Assembly (NCBI GenBank): GCA_963790915.1
Contig: CAWBQS010000003.1
Coordinates: 856,304 to 920,303 of the forward strand
Direction: 5' to 3'
From: an uncultured Chloroflexia bacterium
Lineage (GTDB): Bacteria; Chloroflexota; Limnocylindria; Limnocylindrales; CSP1-4
DNA length: 64,000 nt
Every line of letters starts with the position of its first letter. The first letter of the stretch is position 1. The notes under the pieces were generated by a model that was given only the letters and a program-made list of their open reading frames with translations, did no database searches and had not been told where the DNA came from. The translations under genes and the position numbers were made by a program. Below are positions 41,072 to 51,559 of the stretch, one piece after another.

Positions 41072-41706
41072 GCGACAGCACGGGGCGCCCGTCGCGCGTC
41101 CGCATCGCCGGCAGCGCGGTCGCCACCGGCAAGGGTGACGACGGCACCACCGGCCTGCTCTTCGGTGGCCGCATCGCCAAGGACGACGCCCGAGCCGAGG
41201 CGTACGGCACCATCGATGAGGCGGTGGCGTGCATCGGTGTCGCCCGGGCCGAGCATCGTGCCCTGGCGGCCGGTGGCCGACTGCCCGACGCCCTGGCCGG
41301 TCTCGGTGAGACGCTGCTGGCGCTGCAGCGGGAGCTCTTCGTGGCTGGGGCGGAGCTGGCCACCAACCCGGACGCCTGGGACCGCCTGCGGGACGGCCAG
41401 ACGCGCGTGGATGAGCCGATGCTGAGCGCCCTCGAGGATCGCCTGCGCGAGGCGGAGGCGCAGGTCGTCATGCCTCGCGAGTTCATCGTCCCCGGCGCTA
41501 CCCGCCTGTCGGCCGCCCTGGAGGTGAGCCGCACCGTGGTTCGCCGCGCTGAGCGCCGCGTCATCGCACTCGACCATGCCCGACTCGTGCCCGGCGCCTG
41601 GCTGATGCCCTACCTCAACCGCCTCGCTGACTTCCTCTGGGTCCTCGCCCGCCTCGCCGAGCAGGCCGAAGGCGACCCCGGAGCCCCGGCTCGACCCGTA
41701 CGCTGA
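41068..41706 (+). CDS. Cob(I)alamin adenosyltransferase, PduO type
   Basis: TGKGDDGTT, AYGTIDE, RTVVRRAER, YLNRLAD. Confidence 0.92.
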   Translation: MSDSTGRPSRVRIAGSAVATGKGDDGTTGLLFGGRIAKDDARAEAYGTIDEAVACIGVARAEHRALAAGGRLPDALAGLGETLLALQRELFVAGAELATNPDAWDRLRDGQTRVDEPMLSALEDRLREAEAQVVMPREFIVPGATRLSAALEVSRTVVRRAERRVIALDHARLVPGAWLMPYLNRLADFLWVLARLAEQAEGDPGAPARPVR

Positions 41707-41785
41707 GCGGCGGCGTCAGCGCGCGACGGCCTCGCAAGCGACGCCGACTGGGCGCGCGACCACGGTGGTCCGGTGCGACCTGCCA

Positions 41786-41908
41786 ATGGCCTGGCGCTCG
41801 GCTGCCCTGGATCGGGGGCCGTTGCTGGCGATCGTGGCCGTGGTCGGCCTCATGTTCATCGGCGGGGCGGTCAGCGAAGTGCTGTCGGATGTCGGCAACA
41901 CCCTGTAG
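41786..41908 (+). pseudogene. Flp-pilin-like C-terminal remnant or small peptide
   Basis: LLAIVAVVGLMFIGGAVSEVLSDVGNTL parallels the C-terminus of pilin 32754..32927; EY motif absent. Confidence 0.45.
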
Positions 41909-42021
41909 TCCGGGCTCCGCCCTGGCGCTCGGGTGCGGCGCGGGCGGGGCCTCTGGACGGCCCCGGCTAGACTATCGGGTACGACGCCCGTCGCTGGGCG
42001 CCCTCGAAAGGACATCGGAAC

Positions 42022-42786
42022 GTGCAGAACAATGACCCCCTGAACCGAGCGCAGGCCCAGGCGGACCAGGTCAGCGCCGGGACCACCACCGCCGGGGCCG
42101 CCGTCCGCGGCCAGGTCGTGGCCGGCACCGCTCCGCGCGAGGGCTTCCTGACCGGCAGCTTCCTGTGGATGTTCGTGGGCGTGCTGCTCTCAGCCGTCTC
42201 GGCCGGCTTCGTCATGACCAACCTGTCCCTGCTCGAGTCGGTGCAGGACCTCTGGATCGTGCTCTTCATCGTGCAGATCGGGCTGGTCCTCGCCCTCAGC
42301 GCGTTCATCACGCGACTCTCGCCCATCGTCGCCCTGGGCCTCTTCTTCGTCTACGCCCTGACCATGGGCCTGACCCTGGGCGTCATCGTGCTCGCCTACG
42401 TCGGCACCATCGGCGTCTCCGGCGTCGTCTCGGCCTTCGCCGGCGCGGCGGGCATCTTCGGCGGCGCTGCCCTCTACGGCGGCATCACCAAGCGCGACCT
42501 CACGAGCCTGGGCGGCATCCTCTTCATGGGGCTGATCGGGCTCCTCGTGGTCATGGTGCTGCAGATCTTCTTCTTCGCTGACAGCACCATGGCCAGCCTG
42601 CTCATCGGCATCGTCGGCGTGGTCATCTTCACGGGCCTCACGGCCTGGGACGTGCAGCGCCTCAAGGACGGCGCCATCCCTGGCATCAACAAGGAGTCGG
42701 CCACCGTCCTGGGCGCGCTGACGCTCTACCTGGACTTCGTCAACATCTTCCTGTTCATGCTGCGGATCTTTGGCAGCAGTCGCTGA
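42022..42786 (+). CDS. Bax inhibitor-1/YccA family membrane protein
   Basis: TKRDLT, TAWDVQRLK, ALTLYLDFVNIF. Confidence 0.92.
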   Translation: MQNNDPLNRAQAQADQVSAGTTTAGAAVRGQVVAGTAPREGFLTGSFLWMFVGVLLSAVSAGFVMTNLSLLESVQDLWIVLFIVQIGLVLALSAFITRLSPIVALGLFFVYALTMGLTLGVIVLAYVGTIGVSGVVSAFAGAAGIFGGAALYGGITKRDLTSLGGILFMGLIGLLVVMVLQIFFFADSTMASLLIGIVGVVIFTGLTAWDVQRLKDGAIPGINKESATVLGALTLYLDFVNIFLFMLRIFGSSR

Positions 42787-42932
42787 CCGCGGTCAGCGGC
42801 TTCGGGATGCACGCATGCTGACGCGGCTGGGCCCCCGCTGGCCGGTGGTCTCCGCACGCGGCCCCGAGTCGTCTGCTCCGCCAGGATGCGTGTACGCTGT
42901 GGCCGACGTTCGGTCCTCATCGAGGTCGTGAT

Positions 42933-43878
42933 ATGACGTGGGACTCGCAGGGTCCGGCGACACCGCAGGATCCGCGCTGGGGCGGTGCCTACCCACCCCC
43001 GACGGCAGACGGTCAGCCTGCCGGCTATCAGCCGTCCGGCTACCCGCCGCCTCCCCCCGGCCCGATGCCGCCGCCCCCACCGGGTGGCTACCCGCCGCCC
43101 CCACCGGGTGGCTACCCGCCGCCCCCACCGGGGCTACCCGCCGCCGGGTCACCCCCCACCCGGCTACATGCCGCCGCCCCCACCGCCCGGCTACGCGCCG
43201 CCAGGCTATGGGCCGCAGGAGCCGGTCTGGCAGCCGCCCCCGGCCTTCCCCCTGGCGCCGGACGCCTACCCGGTCAACGTCTCCTATGACCGACAGGCGC
43301 GCATCAGCCGGTTCTGGGGGATCCTGTGGATCGGCCAGATCGTCCGCGGCGTTCTGCTCATCCCGCACGTCCTGCTGCTCCTTCTCGTCGGCATCTGGGC
43401 GGCCTTCCTGTCGATCTTCACCTGGATCCCGGTGCTCCTGCTGGGTCGCTTCCCGGGCTGGGGCTATCGCTGGATCGGTGGCCTGCTGGGTTGGTCGATC
43501 AGGGTGCAGGCGTATCTCGGCCTGCTGACTCCCACCTACCCACCCTTCTCCCTGTCCGGGGAAGGCCACCCCGTGACCGTGCGCTTCGACGAGGGCGTGC
43601 GCATCAACCGACTCTGGGGCATCCCCTTCATCGGCATCCTGGTGCGCACGATCATCCTCATCCCGCACTACATCGTGCTCTGGTTCCTGGGCGTCCTGGC
43701 TGCGGTGCTGGCTGTCTTCGCCTGGGTGCCGGTGCTCCTCATCGGTCGCCAGGCCGACGTCGTGTACACCATCGTGGGTGGTTACACCCGGTGGACGCTG
43801 CGCGTCTCCGCCTACCAGATGCTGATGGTCGACCGCTACCCGCCCTTCTCGCTGGGAGAGGACGACCCGCGGCTATGA
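42933..43878 (+). CDS. DUF4389 membrane protein with Pro-rich N-terminus, frameshift near 43130
   Basis: Two ..LIPH.. / RV.AY...YPPFSL repeats; PPPPGGY repeats. Confidence 0.85.
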
Positions 43879-44399
43879 GCGATCCACTGCCCTCCGCTGA
43901 CGATGGCGCAGCGGACGGCGCCCTGCCGGCCGCGGCCCCAGGCGATGAGCTCGAGGGTGCCGTCGAGGCCGCTGAGGCGACCCTCGCCCGCAAGCCGGAG
44001 ATCGACTACCTGCTCGTCGCCGATCGCGCAGAGGTGGTCAATGGCAAGCTGTATCTGATGGGCGGCAGCTGGGACCGCATCTCCCCGCCGGCCTTCCCGC
44101 ACCGCATGATCCTGGGCATCGCCCTGGGTGTCCGCATCCCCTTCGCCCACACCGATGACCAGCACACGGTCGCGGTGGAGCTCATGCAGGATGAGCAGCG
44201 CCTGGTCGGCTTCGAGGCTCGCCTGACGACCGGCCGACCACCCGGCATGGCCGGCATGGACATGCTGGTGCCGATGGCCTTCAACATCCCGTTGGCCATC
44301 CCCGCCGAAGGCCAGGTCGTGCTCCGTGCCGGGGTCGACGGCCGCCCGCCGCGCCGTCACGAGATCCGTGTCATGCAGCGCCAGCAGCGCCAGGGCTGA
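43875..44399 (+). CDS. Conserved hypothetical protein (DUF6941-like)
   Basis: YLLVADRAEVVNGKLYLMGGSWD. Confidence 0.7.
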   Translation: MSDPLPSADDGAADGALPAAAPGDELEGAVEAAEATLARKPEIDYLLVADRAEVVNGKLYLMGGSWDRISPPAFPHRMILGIALGVRIPFAHTDDQHTVAVELMQDEQRLVGFEARLTTGRPPGMAGMDMLVPMAFNIPLAIPAEGQVVLRAGVDGRPPRRHEIRVMQRQQRQG

Positions 44400-44472
44400 T
44401 CCGAACGCGTCAGGGCGGATCCAGCCGGATACCGTGCGGCGGTCGCCTCCGTCTCCGTGACGGGACCCCGCG

Positions 44473-44528
44473 TTGACGCTTCAGGCGAGGCGGAGGTAGA
44501 CTCAATCCTGACGAAACGAGTCGGGATT
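44473..44528 (+). promoter_or_regulatory. Promoter with IscR/Rrf2-type operator
   Basis: TTGACG-18bp-TAGACT followed by palindrome AATCCTGAC-N7-GTCGGGATT (44504-44528). Confidence 0.7.
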
Positions 44529-44587
44529 GCCGCCCAGCGCCGCTCCGCCCGACGCCCCGGCAGGACCGGCACCCAGGAGACCGTTCG

Positions 44588-45194
44588 TGCGCACCACCGT
44601 CCCGACCTCGGGAGCCCTTCACTTCTCGACGCGTAGCGAGTACGGCGTGCGCCTCATGGTGGAGCTGGCGCGCCACGTCGGCAGCGGCCCGGTCAGCCTG
44701 ACGGAGATGGCCGAGCACGAGGAGCTGCCGCGACCATACCTGGAGCAACTCGTCAGCAGCCTGCGGGAGGCCGGCCTGGTGACCAGCACGCGCGGCGCGC
44801 GCGGCGGGTACGAGCTGGCGCGGGACCCCGCGCACATCCACATGAACGACGTCGTCACGGCGCTGGAGGGGCCCATCGCGCCCATGCTCTGCGCCAGCAC
44901 GGACGGCCATGCCCATGACCGCTGCGCGCGCGTCGGCACCTGCACCGTCGAGCGCCTCTGGCGGCGCGTGCGCGATGCCGTGGTGGAGGCCCTGGGATCC
45001 ATGACCCTCGCGGAGCTCGTCGATCCCGGCAGCAGCCACCCCGTCCACCTTGCCCAGCCGGGTGACACGGTCCCGCCCGCGACCGACGGCACCGACCCGC
45101 CGGCACGTGACGGCCGAGCTGCCCAGCACGACACGGTCCTCGTGACCGTCCGACCCCGACCCCAGCGTCCCGCCAAGGAGCCCGTCCCGCAGCC

Positions 45195-45198
<4 letters not shown>
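44588..45198 (+). CDS. Rrf2 family Fe-S regulator (IscR-like)
   Basis: FSTRSEYGVR, YLEQL, STRGARGGY, three Cys (LC...RC...TC); start uncertain. Confidence 0.9.
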
Positions 45199-46112
<914 letters not shown>

Positions 46113-46175
46113 GCCGGGCGTCGGCCACGGCTGGCTGCCACGACTCCCGGCACGCGCCATGTTGACGGCACCGTC

Positions 46176-47435
46176 ATGAGCGACATCCCGGCCCTTGACC
46201 CGGAGGTCGTCCGCCGCGATTTCCCCATCTTCGAGCGTGACTTCGGCGGGCGGCGCCTGGCCTACCTGGACAGCGCCGCCACGGCCCTCAAGCCGCGCGC
46301 CGTCATCGAGGCCATGGACGGCTACCACGCCCGCTACAGCGCCAACGTCCACCGCGGCATCTACACGATCGGCGAGGAGGCCACGGCCGCCTACGAGTCT
46401 GCCCGCGGGAAGGTCGCCGCCTTCATCAACGCCCCGGACAGCCGCGAGATCGTCTTCGTGCGCAACGCCACGGAGGCCATCAACCTCGTGGCCTACGCCT
46501 GGGGGCGCCGGAACATCGGCCGTGCGGACACGATCGTCCTCACGGAGCTGGAGCACCACGCCAACCTCGTGCCCTGGCAGCTGCTGGCCCAGGAGCGGGA
46601 TGCGGACCTGGAGTTCGTGCCCTTCGACGCCCAGGGCCATCTCGTCATGGAGACCTGGGAGGTGCTGCTGCGGACGCGGCCGCGCCTGGTGGCCTTCACC
46701 CACAAGTCGAATGCCCTGGGCACGCTGCTGCCGGTCAGGGAGATGGTGCGCCAGGCTCACGAGGCCGGGGCGCTGGTGCTCGTGGACGGCGCGCAGGCCG
46801 TTCCCCACATGGCCGTCGACGTGCAGGACCTGGGGGTGGACTTCTACGTCTTCTCAGGCCACAAGGTCCTGGGTCCCACCGGCTCCGGCGCCCTCTGGGC
46901 GCGCCGGGAGATCCTGGAGGCGATGCCGCCCTTCCTGTCGGGTGGCGAGATGATCTCGGCGGTGCACCTGCGGCACACGACCTTCAACGAGATCCCCCAC
47001 AAGTTCGAGGCGGGCACGCCGGACGTTGCGGCTGCCATCGGCCTGGGCGCCGCCATCGACTACCTGACGGCCATCGGCATGGACCGCGTGGCCGCCCACG
47101 AGACGGCCCTCACCGCGTATGCCCTGGAGATCCTGCCGGCGCAGGTGCCCGGCATCACCATCCACGGCCCGCTCAGCGCAGAGGAACGGGCGGGCATCGT
47201 CACCTTCACGATCCCCGAGGCGCACCCCCACGACATCGCCACGCTGCTGGACCGCGAGGCGGTGGCCATCCGGGCCGGTCATCACTGCACCCAGCCGCTG
47301 CACGAGCGGCTCGGCCTGGCCGCCACCGGGCGCGCCTCCTTCAACGTCTACAGCAGCCGTGATGACATCGACCGCCTGGCCGCGGGCCTGCGCGGGGTCC
47401 AGCGCATCTTCGGTCCGCCGGTCAGGCCGGCCTGA
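46176..47435 (+). CDS. sufS: Cysteine desulfurase SufS
   Basis: YLDSAAT, SGHK, FEAGTP, RAGHHC. Confidence 0.95.
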   Translation: MSDIPALDPEVVRRDFPIFERDFGGRRLAYLDSAATALKPRAVIEAMDGYHARYSANVHRGIYTIGEEATAAYESARGKVAAFINAPDSREIVFVRNATEAINLVAYAWGRRNIGRADTIVLTELEHHANLVPWQLLAQERDADLEFVPFDAQGHLVMETWEVLLRTRPRLVAFTHKSNALGTLLPVREMVRQAHEAGALVLVDGAQAVPHMAVDVQDLGVDFYVFSGHKVLGPTGSGALWARREILEAMPPFLSGGEMISAVHLRHTTFNEIPHKFEAGTPDVAAAIGLGAAIDYLTAIGMDRVAAHETALTAYALEILPAQVPGITIHGPLSAEERAGIVTFTIPEAHPHDIATLLDREAVAIRAGHHCTQPLHERLGLAATGRASFNVYSSRDDIDRLAAGLRGVQRIFGPPVRPA

Positions 47436-47474
47436 CCACCCATCCCCCACGCATCGAGTACCCTGCACACCGCC

Positions 47475-47876
47475 ATGGATGACCTGTACCGCGACGAGAT
47501 CCTCGAGCACTACCGCCAGCCCCACAACTTCGGCACGCTGGCGTCGCCCGACGCCACGCACGAAGGCAACAATCCGCTCTGCGGTGACCGCATCACGATG
47601 ATGCTGGCCTTCGGCGAGGGCGGCACCGTCCGCGAGGTGGCCTTCAGCGGGCGCGGCTGCGCCATCAGCCAGGCGTCCGCATCGCTGCTCACCGACCAGA
47701 TCAAGGGCCGCCCCATCAGTGAGGCCGAAGCGCTCACGAACCAGGATGTCCTGGACCTGCTGGGCATCGAGATCAGCCCGGCACGCCTGAAGTGCGCGCT
47801 GCTGTCCCTGGACACCCTGCATCACGCCCTCGCGGAGACCCACCGCGGCGACCACACCGAGGGTCCGGTCGGGTGA
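47475..47876 (+). CDS. sufU: SufU sulfur-transfer protein
   Basis: NPLCGD, GCAISQAS, RLKCALL. Confidence 0.93.
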   Translation: MDDLYRDEILEHYRQPHNFGTLASPDATHEGNNPLCGDRITMMLAFGEGGTVREVAFSGRGCAISQASASLLTDQIKGRPISEAEALTNQDVLDLLGIEISPARLKCALLSLDTLHHALAETHRGDHTEGPVG

Positions 47877-49051
47877 CCGCCGCCTCCTACCGGGACCTCC
47901 TGCGCGAGGCGCGCGCCAGCGTGCCGGAGGTGAGCCCCGGCCAGGCGGCCGCGGCGCTCGCCGCGGGCTCGCTGCTCGTGGATGTCCGCGAGGCAAGCGA
48001 GTGGGAGCAGGGCCACGTCGATGGTGCGCGGCACGTCTCGCGCTCGTACATCGAGCAGGAGATCGAGGCCCTGGCGCCCGACCGCTCCGCGCCCCTCATC
48101 CTCTACTGCGCGGGTGGCGTGCGATCCCTGTTCGCGGCGCAGGTGCTGCAGCGCATGGGCTACCAGGACGTGGCCTCCATGGGCGGCGGTTTCCAGGCCT
48201 GGAAGTCGGAGGGCCGACCCTTCACGCAGCCCATCGTCCTGAGCAGCGAACAGAAGCAGCGCTACTCGCGCCACCTGCTCATCCCGGAGGTCGGAGCGGC
48301 GGGCCAGGCCAGGCTGCTCGCCTCGCGCGCGCTCTTCATCGGCGCCGGCGGGCTGGGATCGCCGGCCATGCTCTACCTTGCGGCGGCCGGCGTGGGCACC
48401 ATCGGCATCGTCGACTTCGACGTCGTGGACATGTCCAACCTGCAGCGCCAGGTCATCCACCGCACCGACCGCGTGGGCATGCCCAAGACGGAATCGGCGA
48501 CGCGGACGATCTCGGAGCTCAACCCGGATGTGCGAGTCGTCGCGCACGCGGAGATGCTGGGCCCGGACAACGTGGACCGGCTCATCGCTGGCTATGACAT
48601 CGTCTTCGACGGCACGGACACCTTCGAGACGCGCTACACGCTCAACGACGCCGCGGTGCGTGCCGGCATCCCCGTCGTGCACGCCTCCGTCTTCCGCTTC
48701 GAGGGCCAGCTGACGGTCCTGGCCCCGCCCGCGGGGCCCTGCTACCGCTGCCTGTACCCCACCGCGCCGCCGCCGGAGCTGGCGCCGGGCTGCTCGGTGG
48801 CCGGCGTCCTCGGCGTGGTGCCCGGCGTCATGGGCCTGCTGCAGGCGACGGAGGGCCTCAAGGTGCTGCTCGGCATCGGTGACGCGCTGGTGGGTCGACT
48901 GCTCATCTACGACGCCCTGGACGGCGCCTTCAGCGAGCTCCAGCTGCGCCGCGACCCGCACTGTCCGGCCTGTGGCGATGGCCGCGCGCCGGTGGTCGAC
49001 ATGGCCAGTGACGGCGTCTTCACCCTGCCCTTGACCAGCGCCCCGAGGTGA
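47873..49051 (+). CDS. moeB: Rhodanese-MoeB/ThiF E1-like adenylyltransferase (MoeZ-like)
   Basis: N-terminal rhodanese YCAGGVRS; RYSRH, GAGGLGS, SNLQRQ, CYRC, CPAC. Confidence 0.92.
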   Translation: MTAASYRDLLREARASVPEVSPGQAAAALAAGSLLVDVREASEWEQGHVDGARHVSRSYIEQEIEALAPDRSAPLILYCAGGVRSLFAAQVLQRMGYQDVASMGGGFQAWKSEGRPFTQPIVLSSEQKQRYSRHLLIPEVGAAGQARLLASRALFIGAGGLGSPAMLYLAAAGVGTIGIVDFDVVDMSNLQRQVIHRTDRVGMPKTESATRTISELNPDVRVVAHAEMLGPDNVDRLIAGYDIVFDGTDTFETRYTLNDAAVRAGIPVVHASVFRFEGQLTVLAPPAGPCYRCLYPTAPPPELAPGCSVAGVLGVVPGVMGLLQATEGLKVLLGIGDALVGRLLIYDALDGAFSELQLRRDPHCPACGDGRAPVVDMASDGVFTLPLTSAPR

Positions 49052-49055
49052 ACGC

Positions 49056-49331
49056 ATGACCGCGGTCCGCATCCCGCCCGTGCTGCGGGCACAGACTGGC
49101 AACCAGAAGCGTGTCGACGTGAGTGGCACCACCGTGGGGGAGGCACTGGCCTCGCTCCTGGAGCAGCACCCGGACCTGCGGGACCAGATCTTCGGGGCGG
49201 ATGGGCTCCTCAACCGTTTCGTCAACGTCTACGTCAACGGTCGCGACATCCGCTACGAGCAGGGGCTGGAGACACCGGTGGGCCTCGAGGACGAGGTCAT
49301 CCTGCTGCCGGCCATGGCCGGAGGTCGCTAG
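49056..49331 (+). CDS. cysO: Ubiquitin-like sulfur carrier (CysO/MoaD family), ends GG-R
   Basis: VRIPPVLR...NVYVNGRDIR...LLPAMAGGR. Confidence 0.85.
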   Translation: MTAVRIPPVLRAQTGNQKRVDVSGTTVGEALASLLEQHPDLRDQIFGADGLLNRFVNVYVNGRDIRYEQGLETPVGLEDEVILLPAMAGGR

Positions 49332-49340
49332 GGTCGGCGG

Positions 49341-50360
49341 GTGACGGCGACCGGCGAGCCGCTCTCCGGGACCGAGACGGACGCCCTGCGTCCGCATGCC
49401 CACGGCGGCGGCGCGCGCCACGGTGGCCGCTACCCGTCGATCGTCGATGCCATCGGCTTCACGCCGCTCGTCGAGGTGCCTGGCGTCTGCCCCAACCCCA
49501 ACGTGCGCCTCTACGTGAAGCTGGAGTCGATGAACCCGACCGGCTCCGTCAAGGACCGCGTCGCCAAGTACCTCATCGAGGATCTCGAGCGCACGGGCCG
49601 CCTGGCCCCGGACTCCATCATCATCGAGCCGACCAGCGGCAACACGGGCATCGGCCTGGCCATGATCGCGCGCCGCAAGGGCTACCGCGTGGCCGTGGTC
49701 GTGCCCGACAACGTGACCATGGAGCGCCGCCAGCTGCTGTCCCTCTTCGGCGCCGAGGTCATCGACTCGCCGGGGCACCTCGGCTCCAATGGCGCCATCG
49801 CCCTGGCCAGGCACCTCGTGGACCGCGATCGCCGCTTCGTCATGCCCTACCAGTACGGGAACCCGGCCAACCCGCGCGCCCACGAGGAGACGACGGCGGA
49901 GGAGATCATCGCCGACTGCCCGGAGGTGGACGCCTTCGTGGCTGGCCTGGGCACGGGTGGCACGCTCATGGGCGTGGGCCGTCGCCTGCGCCGCCACAAC
50001 GGTGCCGTGCGCATCTACGCCGCGGAGCCCATGCCCGGCGAACGCGTGCAGGGTCTGCGTTCCCTGGAGGAGGGCTTCATCCCGGAGATCTTCGACGCTT
50101 CGGTGCTCGACGGCCGACTTCTCGTCAGCAATGCGCAGGCCATCGAGGCGCTCCGCGAGCTGACCGAGAAGGAGGGCATCTTCGGAGGCGTCTCCTGTGG
50201 CGCGGTCATGGTGGCGGCCAAGCAGGTGGCCCGCGAGATGGAACGTGGCACGATCGTGGCCCTGCTCGCCGACGGCGGCTGGAAGTACCTCAGCGAGGAC
50301 CTCTGGACGCGCGACCTGGCTGCCGACGAGGACGCCATCGACAGTCTCAACCTGTGGTGA
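49341..50360 (+). CDS. cysM: PLP-dependent cysteine synthase, CysM-like
   Basis: NPTGSVKDR, EPTSGNTG, GLGTGGT, ADGGWKYLS. Confidence 0.9.
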   Translation: MTATGEPLSGTETDALRPHAHGGGARHGGRYPSIVDAIGFTPLVEVPGVCPNPNVRLYVKLESMNPTGSVKDRVAKYLIEDLERTGRLAPDSIIIEPTSGNTGIGLAMIARRKGYRVAVVVPDNVTMERRQLLSLFGAEVIDSPGHLGSNGAIALARHLVDRDRRFVMPYQYGNPANPRAHEETTAEEIIADCPEVDAFVAGLGTGGTLMGVGRRLRRHNGAVRIYAAEPMPGERVQGLRSLEEGFIPEIFDASVLDGRLLVSNAQAIEALRELTEKEGIFGGVSCGAVMVAAKQVAREMERGTIVALLADGGWKYLSEDLWTRDLAADEDAIDSLNLW

Positions 50361-51000
50361 GCGGCGCCGACCGGGTCCGCTCGACCGCCGAGGAGCCGGC
50401 GGCCCACGGCGGCACGGCTGTCCCCGACATCGCCGCCTGGCAGGAGGCAGCCGACCGTGGTGCTGCGGCGCGCGTGCAGGCTGGCCCCGCGCAGGCTGAC
50501 TCCGCGCAGGCGCACCCTATCCAGGCTGACCCGGCACCGGGCGGCGTCGCAGCGACCGACCGACCCGGCGGGCCGCCCTGGATCCCGCCTCCGCCGCGCT
50601 TCCGGCGGCCATGCGGTCTGCCGTGATCGCCTGGCTCCGCGCCGCGCTTCCCAACGAAGGTTGCGGCCTGCTGGTGGCCGACCGCGTGGCCGGAGATGGC
50701 GGCCTGCCGACGCGCTTCGTCGGCATGGCCAACGCCGCCGCGTCGCCCTATCGGTACCTGATCGACCCGCAGGAGCAGCTGCGGGTGTGGCTCGAGGTCG
50801 ATGACGCCGATGAGGTCGTCTGGGCCATCGTCCACTCCCACGTGGCCTCTCCGGCACGGCCGTCGGCCACGGACGTGGGCCTGGCCGCCTACCCGGAGGC
50901 GCTGTACATCATCTGTTCGATGGCGGCGGAACCGCCGGACCTGCGCGCCTGGACGATCGTGGACGACGCTGTCAACGAGGTCGTCCTGGAGCCCGTCTGA
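50357..51000 (+). CDS. mec: JAMM/M67 metallopeptidase (Mec-like); core 50611..51000, probable frameshifted N-terminal extension
   Basis: NEGCGLL...HSHVASPARPSATD JAMM motif. Confidence 0.87.
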
Positions 51001-51061
51001 CGCGTAGACTCGCGCGCACGTGCGACCGGCCGCACCCGGGCGACGCAAGGGAGTGCCACAC

Positions 51062-51544
51062 ATGAGTCAGCTGCTCGTCATCACCTTCGACCGGCGCGAG
51101 AGCGCCGCACAGGCACGTGACCGTCTCAAGGGCCTCGAGGGCGCCGACGGAGCCCATATCGACGATGTCGCCGTCGTCGAGAAGGACGCCGAAGGCAAGA
51201 TCCACGTCCAGCACGGCTTCGACCGCGCCACCAGCGGCGGCGCTGTCGTGGGCGGCGCCCTGGGCCTCCTGCTTGGGCTCGTCTTCTTCCCCGTGGCTGG
51301 CCTCGCCGCGGGCGCCGTGGTCGGCGGCCTCATCGGCCGCTCGCTGCACCAGAACATCGACAAGAAGCTCGTCGAGGACGTCACGCGGGACCTGACGCCG
51401 GACAGCTCGGCACTCTTCACGCTTGGCAGCGGCAACGCCGCGGCCATCGTCGGCGCGCTCAGCCCCTACAGAGGCAAGGTCTACCAGACGACGCTCGACC
51501 CGGACGCGGAAGCCCAGATCCAGGCCGCGCTCGACAAGGGCTGA
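51062..51544 (+). CDS. DUF1269 family membrane protein
   Basis: LLVITFD, DVAVVEKD, glycine-zipper TM, SSALF, GKVYQTTL. Confidence 0.85.
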   Translation: MSQLLVITFDRRESAAQARDRLKGLEGADGAHIDDVAVVEKDAEGKIHVQHGFDRATSGGAVVGGALGLLLGLVFFPVAGLAAGAVVGGLIGRSLHQNIDKKLVEDVTRDLTPDSSALFTLGSGNAAAIVGALSPYRGKVYQTTLDPDAEAQIQAALDKG

Positions 51545-51559
51545 TCCCCCGCTGGCGGA

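Noticed and set aside
43040-43200. C-rich tandem repeats
   Set aside because: They simply encode PPPPGGY repeats of a proline-rich N-terminus
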